Assembly: GCA_028023455.1 (NCBI GenBank)
Contig: JAQFVV010000001.1
Span: 19,344,001-19,408,000, forward strand
DNA: 64,000 nt
Reading direction: 5' to 3'
Source of the DNA: Epiperipatus broadwayi
Taxonomy: Eukaryota > Animalia > Onychophora
In this document: positions 51,900-64,000 of the stretch, piece by piece
How the letters are laid out: each line of letters begins with the position of its first letter
Numbering within the stretch: position 1 is the stretch's first letter
Position numbers and translations under genes: made by a program
The notes under the pieces: model-generated
Seen by the model: the letters and a program-made list of their open reading frames with translations, nothing else
The model's database searches: none
Told to the model about the DNA's origin: nothing

Positions 51900-54360
51900 A
51901 ATAGATAAAATTGGCTCATTAGAAAATATTTGATCTGACCTTTCCTGAAAATTGGCCAGCCTACATGGATTGAGTGCTTTTCTATATATAAGTTAGTCAA
52001 AATAAAAACCTTGAGTTCAAATTAGCCACATTTGTGACTGTTTGTGGATCTCAAATATATGAGATATTATATACACAAGCAAATTCAATATTTCTGGCTA
52101 AGCTTGATATTGATAAGGCACTATCTCTTCTTTCAAACTTCTTTTGATCTAAATCCCTAACAATAATGGATTTCAATCTCTTTCCACAAGTGGAGGAAAG
52201 AAATGAGAGATTATTCTGCCAAGTACAACATTTAACTGTGAATTTGGAAATTTTTAAATGAAGCTCTGAGAGATCATTTTATTTGTGGAATGAAAGACCA
52301 CAACCTTAAGGTCAAGCTATTGATGGACACTGTTATCACCTTTGAATCTACTGTCTTGTAAGCAACTCTGGCTGAATCTACAACAATTCAGACTACTCTG
52401 TTAAATAAAAGTAGACATTAAAGCTGTGGATTGGAAAATCAGATCATTCAAAAAATTTCCTGATCAAAACAAGCTTACAGAATCTACTATAATATTGTTA
52501 AAATTTGTTACAGATGTAGCAAACCAAAACATACACCCATCAATGTCCACACCAGTATACAGTGTGTAAAGACAATTTAGTTGTTACATAAATATTGTGT
52601 ATAACATCTAGTTGCAAATTTGATGGCTAAAAGATTTGGAATTGACAATTGTCATGGAATTTTGTGGATAACATAAGTCCTGAAAATGTAGGCAAATGGT
52701 TACATTAGAAAAGTTTCATTTGAGATATACTCAGTAAAATTTTTAAAATATCATGACAAGTTGATAAAACCAATCAATATGTTCACCATTTTGCTGACTG
52801 AAATTCTATAGAATCTACTATGATAAAATCACATCTTAGTTGGGCCAAACATGTAAGATAAATGAACAATACAAAACTTCCTAGAAAGATATTTTATACA
52901 CATAAAAAGTGCTTGTTATAAAAAAGAGCCACAAGTTGTTCAGAAAGAATGGAAGAGTCAATTCCAGAAAGCTGGAAGGTCAATATAAATTCAAATAATA
53001 TCAATGCCTGCATAAATAATGTGAGAGGCATTGATTTGGTTTCAAATGAAAAAATTTGATTAATAATATGCCAATTACAATGAAACTGGATACTGCATCT
53101 GCAGGGTCCATTGTATCAAAAAAGACATAGGTTATTATTAATAAAAATAATAATCAGTACTGCAACTCTAGCAGCAATTAAATGACACTCTTGGATCAGA
53201 CAGGAATTAAAATTACTGTGTTTAGTAAAACAATGTATTTGTCTCTTGTGTTTGCTGGTAAGCATAGCAATTTATTAGGCTATGACTGGTTCAATCATTT
53301 GAGTTTACAATCATTTAAGAGAAAAAGCTCACAAAAATAAAATTAAAAAGAGTCTACTCAGGAATGATTGGTGATAAGCTAGGTTTGAACCCTAGTATAA
53401 ACATGCTAATCAGTAGATAAATTCAATATAGTCACAAAAATAAAAATGATAAAGTGCATATAGGCATCCAAGTTCTAGTATGATGACCAAATGGGTTTCA
53501 GTAGTTGTAATCAAATAAAAAAAAATGCAGACTGTTGTTGTTCAAACAGGTTTTTTTGGACAGCAACATCACAAGTCTCAGACACCATATAACATTGAAC
53601 TATACATTACCAACAAACATTGAAGTGTCATCATCACACACTGAAGAGTCACCAACCAGCATGTTTGAGTCTACAAACTTCAAACTTACCAGATCAACAA
53701 ATGAGGAAATTACACTGATGATGAAGTCATTGAGTCAGATGAAGGTAGAAAACAATAAAGACATCCCCCAAGCATCTGAATGACTGCATTATTCATGGCT
53801 AATTTCACCTTCAACTAATGGACTAGTTCAGATTCCATCTTATCATGATAAAATTGAGCACTTAAGCCACAGATCAATAGATATGTGAATAGATGAGATA
53901 TATCCAATAGCAGAAACAGACCAATAATATATGATGCTCAGTAAATCCAATTGCTTTCACTGTGGAAGAGAATCTGACTATAAATAGTTAGTCCATTTGG
54001 TGGTAAAATCAGACAATAATAAATTACTATCAGAGTTTTATGCCAGTGTGTACTTTGTCACTTTTTGCTAAAGCAATGATGGAAGTTTACATTAGAACTG
54101 GAAGCATACAGAACATAAGCTAAACATGAGGCAAGTGGTCACAAAATAGTTGGAAATGTCAACATATCTACACATGAGGCAAACACTGAAAGTGTTAAGT
54201 AGATCTAGAAGAGTATCTGAAGTCCCTACATTAGTAGATACACCACCAACAATTCTATACTGGTCCAACATATATACAATACAGTAAATAATTTTGTATA
54301 TATTTATTTAAATCTACTATATGTAAGCATTCATAAATATTTAGTCATATATGTGTCTAT
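51900..54360 (+). mobile_element. Decayed, internally deleted Ty3/Gypsy element (gag, PR, IN tail, LTR-like end)
   Basis: gag-like ENWPAYMD..LATFVTVCGSQIYEII (~51945-52070) and EFGNF.NEALRDHFICGMKD (~52238-52300); protease ITMKLDTAS (~53075) and LLGYDWF (~53272); IN-tail-like KWVS (~53490). RT and RNase H are absent. Confidence 0.7.
53810..54360 (+). repeat. LTR-like repeat (partner at 39070-39600)
   Basis: Homologous to 39070-39600, at the 3' end of the Gypsy relic. Confidence 0.65.
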
Positions 54361-55608
54361 GTGATTAATAATAAACCGATACTGTACCTTAGGATAAGCT
54401 TGTCAGTTCTGATGTCTAATCAATAGAGTTATAAAACCAAAAATAAAACTGCTAAAATATAAATAGGTACTTGTGTTCTATGCTGCATATTCAAAGGGGC
54501 TACCAAATGAATTTCAACAACAATCATAAACATAAAAGGTTTATACATAGTTGTCATCCAGATAGTTAATGAACAATATCATCACAGATGTCAAGACTAA
54601 TTCATATAACAAAAAAGTGTTCATCAGAAATAATGAAAAAACCAGTGACAATGGAGACTTGACCTGATGAATAAATCAGATCCCATAAAGAATCTAGTCC
54701 AGTTAAAGAAACTAAATCTAATGATAAAAAGAAATTCATGAATAATGATACTAGGCCAAAAGATGAAGTAAGAACATCATCCTAACTCAGCAGAAGCTCA
54801 AGTTACAACAAAACTGACCAATATAACCATGATAAAAGGAAATAAAAAGAAATAAGTAGTGAATGGCATAAACAGACCAATTGGAGAACTTCATCAGTGA
54901 AAGCAAACTTTTAAATAAGATCAAGAATCTCACTATAAAAGAAGACACTTTCAGATGTTCAGACAACTGTCAGATGTTGAACAGCAATACATACCTTGTC
55001 CATAATATTGACAGTGAAGCATGCTCAAACTTGGAGCAGGTATCTGATAGCTACAGTTATCACCACATTAGACAAGCCACCCATTGGTTGGAAGTATCAA
55101 GGTCCTAAAGGGAGATCACAGCATTTATCCCCATGCTAGCTGAACAGCTAACAGAATTATGCAGTTTGACAATAGCAAAGGAGGTGAACCATCTTGGCTA
55201 AATATTATATATAATCTGTATATAAAATACTATATACATATTATAAATACGTTTAATAAATATTTTTATATTTATTTTCAGAGTTGTGGGTTATTCTTAA
55301 GTGACCAAGAATATCACTCTCCTTAATACAGTACAAACATAATATCTGTAATATAGAATTTGCAAGAGGTTTTTTTTCATAGATTATTGCATAGTACTCT
55401 AAAATATTAAATTTTTATACTTTGTATGAATAAATTTGGATGTTATATATTTATATGTAATCCTATTTTATTTATATAAAAATTCATAATTATTTTTAAT
55501 TAATTTCATCCCGTGATTCGCAAATAGTATTTTCACACTCAAGATATGTTATATAGCATTTGCCAATATATATATATATATTAATAATTCAAACAAATAT
55601 ATATATAT

Positions 55609-55676
55609 CATCATCATCATTATCAACCATTATCAATCCACTGCAGGATGAAGGTCTCTCCAAGTTTAATCCATCT
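55609..55676 (-). mobile_element. Extreme 3' end of an RTE-clade LINE with a (GAT)n tail, inserted in (TA)n
   Basis: Minus strand RWIKLGETFILQW followed by TGATGATGATG; matches the RTE C-terminal W..LGEA.VQQW motif and tail type. Confidence 0.7.
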
Positions 55677-55894
55677 TATATATATATATATATATATAAA
55701 TGAGATACCATAACAGAGTAAGTTAATTAAATTGTACAGAAAAAAAAATATTGATCAAATTATAAATATTATATTTCAATATTAGAATGACAATATTAAG
55801 AAAGATATTAAATGATAATCGAAAAAAAAATTACTTTAAAAATGTAGAAAATATATCTGTTAAGGTAGCAATTATCATTTTGTCAAGGACTTGA

Positions 55895-56001
<107 letters not shown>

Positions 56002-59000
56002 AAAATCAGGTAACTTTTTTAAAAAATTCAATTTTTAATGCAATTTGTGATATGAAAGTAATAAAAACAACTATTATTTTTTATCTTATTTCGAAAATAT
56101 ATTTTTTATATTATTTAACATATAGGTTATCAAATTTATAAATTTATTTTGTTTTCTTTTCTGGAACAGCCTCGTCTAGCCTATATGCTAACTATCTACA
56201 GTAATTTTATTAAATAACTTTAAACAAGTTTTTGTTATAGCCCAGGGGTATATTATTAGTAAAGTCTTGATAAATCATACTATGTAGAGATCTAATCATT
56301 TATTATTAAAAATCTTGGTACAATTTTAAGTGAATTACTTATTGTTATAAAGGTTATTATTGCTGTAAAATATTTTATTTTAAAACAATAACGAAAATCT
56401 TTTATAAGGCAGAATATAAATTGTTAAATATTGCATGCGGAACACTATTCTTTAAATTGGTAATTGATTTTTTTTTCTTTGATGGATAAGTTTATTTTTT
56501 AAACTGCAAACTAATATTTTTTTTTTAAAAAAAAAGATGAAAAATTTAAAAATACTGAGATTAAACTTAAATAAAGATATTGAAAAAAATTAGAACTAAT
56601 TAATATATTTATATAAAACATTTGATAAACTAAAAAGAATTATAAGATATAAAAGGTTAACCATGATAATTAATAAAATCATATCAGATATATGATTTAA
56701 TTATCGATGAAATACTCAAAGTAGTTAATAGAATGAAAGATTAGAAATCATTTAATTATTTATTTAAAAATGATTGTTGTATTTGTTTAAAAAATACTGC
56801 ACGCATAGAATAAATTTCTATAATGTACATGATAAAACACAACTTGAGGCACATTTAACGTTAGAGTGTAGTTTTATCTGCAATCACGAATTTGTTAAAA
56901 AGGTAATGTTAATAAATACCATGATAAGCTTGTTAAATGTAGGGCATATATGTGTGAGAATAAAGAGAATAATCATTATGTCTAAAATGAATAAATCTAG
57001 AGTATATATGAGTGTAGTGGATACATCATGCACACAGAAATATATTCTGGAATCATAATAAAAGAAATAGAATAATCATTACAACAATTTCCCCATATTT
57101 ATCATTAAATTTCAAAGTTCATATTTATATTTGGTACTTTAGTATTAAACTTGCTGTAATGAAACTCAATTTCAACCCTAACCCAAATCTAAATATTACT
57201 CTAACCCAGTATGGCTGTAATATTTCACAGCAGGTCTAATAGTAAAGTACCTCATATTTAAACATAAGTTTGATATAATAATACGAAATCATGCATGAGC
57301 GATCAAAAAAAAAAGGCTTATTAGTTTATTTTTCTAAGGAGAAGGTTTAAAACTTCATAGTTTTCATCTATATTTATAAAAAATGAAAAAGGAAACAAAA
57401 GAAAAATTAACTTAGGAAAATGATATTTTGCTAAAAAGTAACTAGCTTCTTCCAGCCACATTAAATGTCACCATCGAAATATTTATTATGGAAAAACGGA
57501 TTTTTATTTTGCAAAAATGGGAACTAAGAAGCAAAATAATTAATGCTGTAAATCCATTCTGAGACTTTGCCAAAATATTCTTTATAGACTTCACGATGAA
57601 AATTTTCGCCAATGCCAGGATAACAAAATTGGATAAAACAGAAAGGGAAATTTACAACAGTAAAATTTAAAAATTCTCAAAAAGAAGAAGAAAAAATTTT
57701 TTGAATAAAATTAATAGTGAAAAAAAGGAAAAAATCTAAATATTTTTTTTATCGTTATCATAAAATATAATAATGATCTCATCCTGGGAACCAAGGAGAT
57801 CTCAGTAATGTTTAAAGTATATTTTTGTTGTTGTTTTATAGTATTGTTTTATATGATATTAATGTTGAATTTTATTTATACATATTTTGAGGCGATAGCT
57901 TTTTTAAAAAAGAAGTTAATTATACACATATCTTATAAAACTATTGGTATTATTTATTAAATCAAAATAAATACTGATGCAAGAATAAAACACTTCATTA
58001 GATTTACAAAAGAAATTGTTTATTTAATCAAGTTGATGCTTGTATCAGTCGATAATAGTAAAAGCCTTTTATTCGATCTTAAAAGATAATTGTTATATTT
58101 AATAAACATTAAATTCTTTCACAACCATGGTTTCATCTATTAACAAATAGACTTTTTCAAGTGAAATTCAAGTAAACATTCCACCTATATACACACCAAA
58201 CAAAATAACCTTCCCATCATTCACTTCAATATATACTATGTATAAAATATGATTTAATGTTATGCTACATATGCAAGTATTTGTTGGTTTGTATTAGATG
58301 AATGAAACTACAATTATTTATTATATTAGGTATCTCAAGTGACATTATACAGTTAGTGCCATGATAAAATTCTACAAATGAGGAGAATTACAAATTTTAT
58401 TTTGCTTCTAATTTTAAAAGGCAATATTTAGAATATTGTTGATATTGATATGTTATTATCATACTTATGTAATTTGAAAGTTAAAATTGATTGTTTGTGA
58501 AACTGCTTTCAAAAGCAGGCTATATTTACCTGTTTAATGAAGTTTATTCAAAGTTGTTTGAATTATAAATTTCAATCTCCTTCAGTCAAGTGTCAATGTT
58601 TGGTATCAATATAACTGTAATAGACCATAGTATAAAAGTGGACATCCATTTTTATCACAATTAAAAAGGTTGCCTTGATAAAAAACAGATTGAGATTCTT
58701 TATTATTGTTTAGTTTTATGTGGACTATTTTCTTGTATTCTATATATAAATATGTATTTGTTTATATGACTTTTTTAGGGTGGGTGAAATATTTTATCTC
58801 TTAGAATGGCATTAGCTGCTATACATGTTAATATTTCAGAGTTAAGAGAAAATGCCAAGAGAGCATATCCATATATATTTGAATTGCATAGGTTATCATA
58901 TGATTATATAATATATTGCATTGTTATTGTATTTTCTTAGAAATAATAAAAATTGAAATACAGTTTGATGAAGAACATTAATTATTCCTTTTCTGACAAT

Positions 59001-59174
59001 TAAGAATTTTGCATAGTAAATATATTTGTTATGAACAAAGGGAAATATTTATATATTTTTTATAAATCCAACTGTAATATTTGGTTATATTTAAGATTAC
59101 TCTCAATATTATAAGGAATAAAAGATTTAAAACACAAATAAATAAGTGGTGCCTATATATATATATATATATAT

Positions 59175-59520
59175 TGTAATGGTTGGGATCGAATGAGGTG
59201 ACAAGAGAGGGTCGCATCTAACTACTATCAGACCTAAGGTCTTTGTGTAGGATGCTAGAGATGACACAATAAAGTACATAACTCATGATTATATGTATCT
59301 TAAATAACCTAGCCTAAGCCTTATCTATCAAATTTACATGTAATTTAAATCAGTGCATCTAACATCTCACCACTCTTTTTCAGAACCGTTGCCTCAGATA
59401 TTCGAACTCAGGAAGAATTCACATTCGATTCTCTTAACAGGGATGTACATAAGCAAACTGTTAATCAATAAATAAATTGGCTCATCCTATTTATTAGTAA
59501 GGAATAACCTTTATTTAACA
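59175..59520 (+). repeat. Solo-LTR-like dispersed repeat (partner at 60850-61150)
   Basis: Starts TGTAA. Shares GTCGCATCTA.CTA...GTCTT...TAG.ATGC and TTCGA.CTCAG...TCGA.TCTCTT blocks with 60850-61150. Confidence 0.5.
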
Positions 59521-60849
59521 TTTTTTCTCTCATGCTCATCAAACAGTAATGTGTGTGTGCATGTGTAAAATATTGGTTTTAGGATTGAAACAAAACAAGA
59601 GAGACTTTATCAATTAAACAAAACTTCATAATATTTATTTACAAAAACAAAATATCTTAAACAAACATAGAATATATTATCAATCAATCAATGCAGAAAA
59701 GAAAATTAAAAAAACTAAAAAATTTACAAATGCAAATAAATTATTTGGATATATTCCTCTGTACTATGTCTATGATGAGTATCTATCATTTTGTTAATTA
59801 AACAATTTAAAATTATTTACCCTTATTTTCCATGATAGACACTCATAATGTAGACATTTATACATCCAAAGGTAATGAAAAATTTATTAGATAAAAGTGA
59901 GATTGCTAACTAAATTAGAAATTTAAGTGCAACTTCAGATGATGTATGTAATTCTAAGTGTGGAAGTTGGTTGATCTAAAATAATTACCCTGCAAATTTA
60001 TGTATCATGGAAGAAATATAATACATAAACAATACATGATATGATAGCAAAGCAATAAAATAGTAAAGAATATTAATTAAAGAGTGTTAATCATTTATTC
60101 ATTATAAAGATCTTAGGAATACTATTAGTAAACATATAATACATACTATAAGTGGTCATGTCATGTTGTGGCATTGGTTATTTTAGTGGCTTTAAAAGAG
60201 AAAAACTCTTATCATTTAAATATTCAGTTTGAACACTCAATTTCATATTCATAGATAAAATAACAAGTATTTTGGAGCAGAAAATTACCTAAATTTTATT
60301 AAAAGAAAAAACAAATCAGACTTTTCAACCTCCCCCCCCCACACTCTCTTTACACTTTCTTATGTTGGACTGTTCCAAATTATTGAATTAAATCATTAGT
60401 ACTTGTGAAATATAAGATTGAGATAATAAAATAAAAATACAAAAAAAAATAAGACCTATCTATACAAAAGAATAAAATTATATTTACAATATTTCATGAA
60501 TTGATATAATCAGGCATAATTCTTTCTCAGAGTCCTTCTTACATAAACAGTTCTTATAATTTATGCATTTTTTATTATAAATGTTGAGAACTCCTTATTG
60601 ATTTTGAATAGCACATTCTGAACATATTTATATTGACAGTGGGTGATTTTGTTTTATTCCTCACATAGATTTTCATCCTGCATAGATCCAGCTTATCAGG
60701 CATTTAAACGTAGACGGATAAATGTTAATTTCACATGGCCATAGTGGATAAATGCTCCACCTGAAGACAATTATTCTAGCCAAAATATATCATATTTTGC
60801 AATATATATCCAAGTTTATATATATGCAGTTCACATTTAATTATATATA

Positions 60850-61150
60850 TATATTATAACGGGACAATCCTTTTCAAGACTTAAGTATGGGCGCCATGTA
60901 TAACAGGACGATCCTATTCAGGACTCGAAGAAGTCGCATCTAGCTATAGTCGGACTTTGAGTCTTCTTATAGAATGCCATGGATGATGTTATTTAAAATA
61001 TAATCCAATTCACACCTCTATTAATAACCTCGTTACTCTCGGAATTCGAGCTCAGAGTAGAAATTTGCAATCGACTCTCTTCAGGCATTTCCACAAATAT
61101 CCCAAAGTAATAATAAATTTAATATAAGCTATATATAACTTCTTTATAAA
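60850..61150 (+). repeat. Solo-LTR-like dispersed repeat (partner at 59175-59520)
   Basis: Homologous to 59175-59520. Confidence 0.5.
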
Positions 61151-63043
61151 TATTAAATCACTAAGTTGATTTAACATATATATGCATGAATATGTATATT
61201 TATAAATATTGGTTTTATAAAATGACTAAAGAAAATAAACAAATGAGACCTGTTTAATTTTGAAATCAAGTTTAACACATTTTAATCAGTAATAAAAAAC
61301 AAAATATTATCACATAAAAACATTAAAATTTAGAATTATAATCTGTGCTTATATACACTAATAAATTATTTAATATTCAAAAAAAAAATAATGTAATCAT
61401 TTACATATATATATAATTTAAAATCATGCGTATAATAAATACACATGACACATTATAAATCTACCTATTGTGTCATTAAAATAATTCAGTGTGTGTTGTA
61501 TGTCTATATACGATAGCATCCATTCACACTAGATTAATAATAGAATGTATTCTGATATTAGTTATGTATGTTTAAAAATATATTATGTTAATTGTCATGT
61601 AAGATTCAATTTGGAATATAATAAAATGTACTTCCCAATTGAAATAATTTAAAAACATTTACCTTAGTCAGCTGTCATTTCCATCAGAGTATATATCAAA
61701 ACATCAATATTTAAATTTTATTAAATAAAAAATAAATAAATAAAGTGTTCATCTTATCAGTTCCCCACTTCAATATATGAAGTAATTTTTCTAAGTAAAT
61801 ATAATTATCCACAAAGAAAATAAAGTTTAAGAGTTCTTAAATTATACAATAAAGTAATCCAAGACGAGAAAGAATACGGTTTTATATCCCTCCTTAGACG
61901 AAATAAAATGATGACGAATGTTGAAACATAAAGTTCATTGATCATCCTTCGAAGAGGCAATCCAGATATTCATTCTTTAAATATTTATGTAGTAAAATGT
62001 TTAACATCTTCTTCAATATAATACTCCAATATTAAAGCAGCTTTTTAAATGAGAATTACGACGATTATATTTAAGGCATTGACTAAGTAGGAATAAATTT
62101 ACATGTTCGGGTTTAAAACGTCAGTAGAAATCCCTGACATAAATTATTTAGCCACAGAGCATCTTTATAAATTTTTGTCTTCTTAAATATATATATTTTA
62201 AATTCATTTCAAAGACGTTGATAACTTTTATAACCTTGTTAATTACAATGATTATTTTTGTATAGTTCTTTATAGTATTCAAAGGCAGTAAATTAATTAC
62301 TTGAAGCAGGTTTTAAAATATTGAATCTTCTTTTTTTTTTTTTAATTTTTCTTAAATGTGTTCTAAATTCGAACACATTTAAATTTACAAACATAGTTCT
62401 TGCCTTGATAACTAAATAGAAGATTATTGTTGTAACAATATTAGTTCATTTTTATACTGGATTAATTTCAGCAAGCATATCACATAATCACACTCACGCT
62501 CTATTGTTTAAAATATACAATTTGTAATGAACCCCAAATGTTTATTTCCTTTGTTTCAACTGATAAAAATGCAATGTTGACTTAAGGCTTTGTCAAATGT
62601 CAAGTTTTACATTACTATTAGTTAGAAACATTTTATTTATGTGTGTGTATAAATAAACCAGAATTATTCATTTTTAGAATTATTCTTTTAATACTAACTA
62701 GTCTATATATATATAGCTGATACATGAAAAGCTTAAGATAGGTGTAAGTTATTTATATCTGTTGATTCGATATAGGCACAGTTAAATTCACAAAGAAACA
62801 CAAATAGTTTTAGGTGAGGCTCATATGGTATTCTCACATTACCCCTCCCTTAAAAAGTTCAAATTTTATATTTACCATTAAAATTTGGACACTTAATGTG
62901 TGTCAATGTATGCATTAAATATAAAGATGTGGAGCTTGTTTTTTTTTCCTGCTTTTATCAACCCTTATTATTTGCTCTATTTTTTTTAACCCTTTCTCTT
63001 TCTCTACATTAAATATTATTCACTTTAAACAGAAGGATAAAAA

Positions 63044-63047
<4 letters not shown>

Positions 63048-63105
<58 letters not shown>
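63048..63105. repeat. (TA)n microsatellite
   Basis: Perfect run of ~29 units. Confidence 0.98.
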
Positions 63106-63109
<4 letters not shown>

Positions 63110-63534
63110 TCTTTCTTTTTCTTCCCTTTTCTATCTATTTTCCTTTGATGGATTTATTTTCATGTGCATCTTTTATAGATGTCACATATATTTGTTTGGT
63201 AGTCTCAATCCTGCTTTTCTTTAAGACTTATGGACTCTTTTGAGAACTATTCAAAACATAAGAACATCCATCATTCAGCATGGATTAACTCTTAAAACGT
63301 TTTTAGTTTTCAGGTATCCTAAGAATTAATTTTAATTGCTTAACATACCCTCATCAAAGAAAATTAATATCTCTTTTGACTTATATACATCCTTATACAT
63401 ATATATACCCTTATACTTTTAAATGAAAACTTTTTCTCCTTACCTATTCCAAGTTATCTTTTCTTTCAATATTTTACTTTATACATAAGTAAAATGTTGC
63501 AAACATTATTAATTTGTTTGACCAAAATAGGGTT

Positions 63535-63774
63535 TTAAAGCTCTAGCATTGTAAGTGCTTTAATGTCTCCCTTTATATTTATCCAGAATGCATTGAGACC
63601 TGTTTGCTTTATGATAGTATAAGGTCCTTCATATTGATGGTAAAACTTTTGATATTTGCTCTTTTGGGGTTTACTCATATGAGGTGTTTTTATAAAAACT
63701 TGATCTCCAATTTGGAACTTGTGTGAAATTGTCTTAACATTTTTATTTCTTTGACTGGCCTTTTTTTTTAACAA
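63535..63774 (-). pseudogene. Gypsy integrase C-terminal GPY/F region
   Basis: FQIGDQVFIK...YEGPYTIIKQTGLNAF. Confidence 0.8.
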
Positions 63775-64000
63775 GTTGTTTATAAGCTTTTACTCTATCT
63801 TCTCTTGTATCCATATATATGTCCACAAAGCACATGTACATTGGCTTAATGGTGATTGTTATTACAATTTAACAACATCACACTATATAAAATAAATGTC
63901 TTATTTATACATATCCATATCAAAATATATAATAATGGACTTGCATTTTATAATTAGTGTTTCAACATCAGATTGCATTATCGTGATGCTTAATTAATCT

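Larger units (their letters stand above)
62700..63850 (-). mobile_element. 3' part of a Ty3/Gypsy element, same family as 31.4-33.7 kb
   Basis: Integrase C-terminal ORF at 63535-63774; the downstream region is homologous to 31780-31960. Polypurine tract AAGGGAGGGGTAA (~62840-62852) is followed by TGTGAG, the LTR start. Confidence 0.75.

Overview
Very AT-rich, largely CpG-depleted eukaryotic (animal-like) DNA made almost entirely of nested retroelement debris and microsatellites. I could not confidently identify any host gene. Main contents: (1) three minus-strand copies of a Tx1/L1-type LINE at 1.3-6.6, 15-19 and 19.4-21.3 kb; the first is nearly complete but contains Illumina TruSeq adapter remnants, an assembly artefact. 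(2) A 3.85-kb head-to-head Penelope-like element (RT + GIY-YIG) at 23.0-26.8 kb, inserted in (TA)n, with a minimal type I hammerhead ribozyme at each outer end and the same YVDD->YVDH lesion in both arms. (3) A second, non-coding hammerhead family with a 456-nt circularly permuted unit (retrozyme-like), present as two inverted insertions at 37.75-38.23 and 50.30-51.17 kb; the latter has a 12-bp target-site duplication, and its empty site is visible in a paralogous block at 41.55 kb. (4) Decayed Ty3/Gypsy elements at 30.4-34.6, 51.9-54.4 and 62.7-63.9 kb. (5) Short CR1/L2, RTE and I-clade 3' ends, tRNA-derived SINE relics, an old 2.5-kb duplication and several long (ATT)n tracts. All calls are by-eye motif and alignment reading; no searches were run, and boundaries of the decayed elements are approximate.
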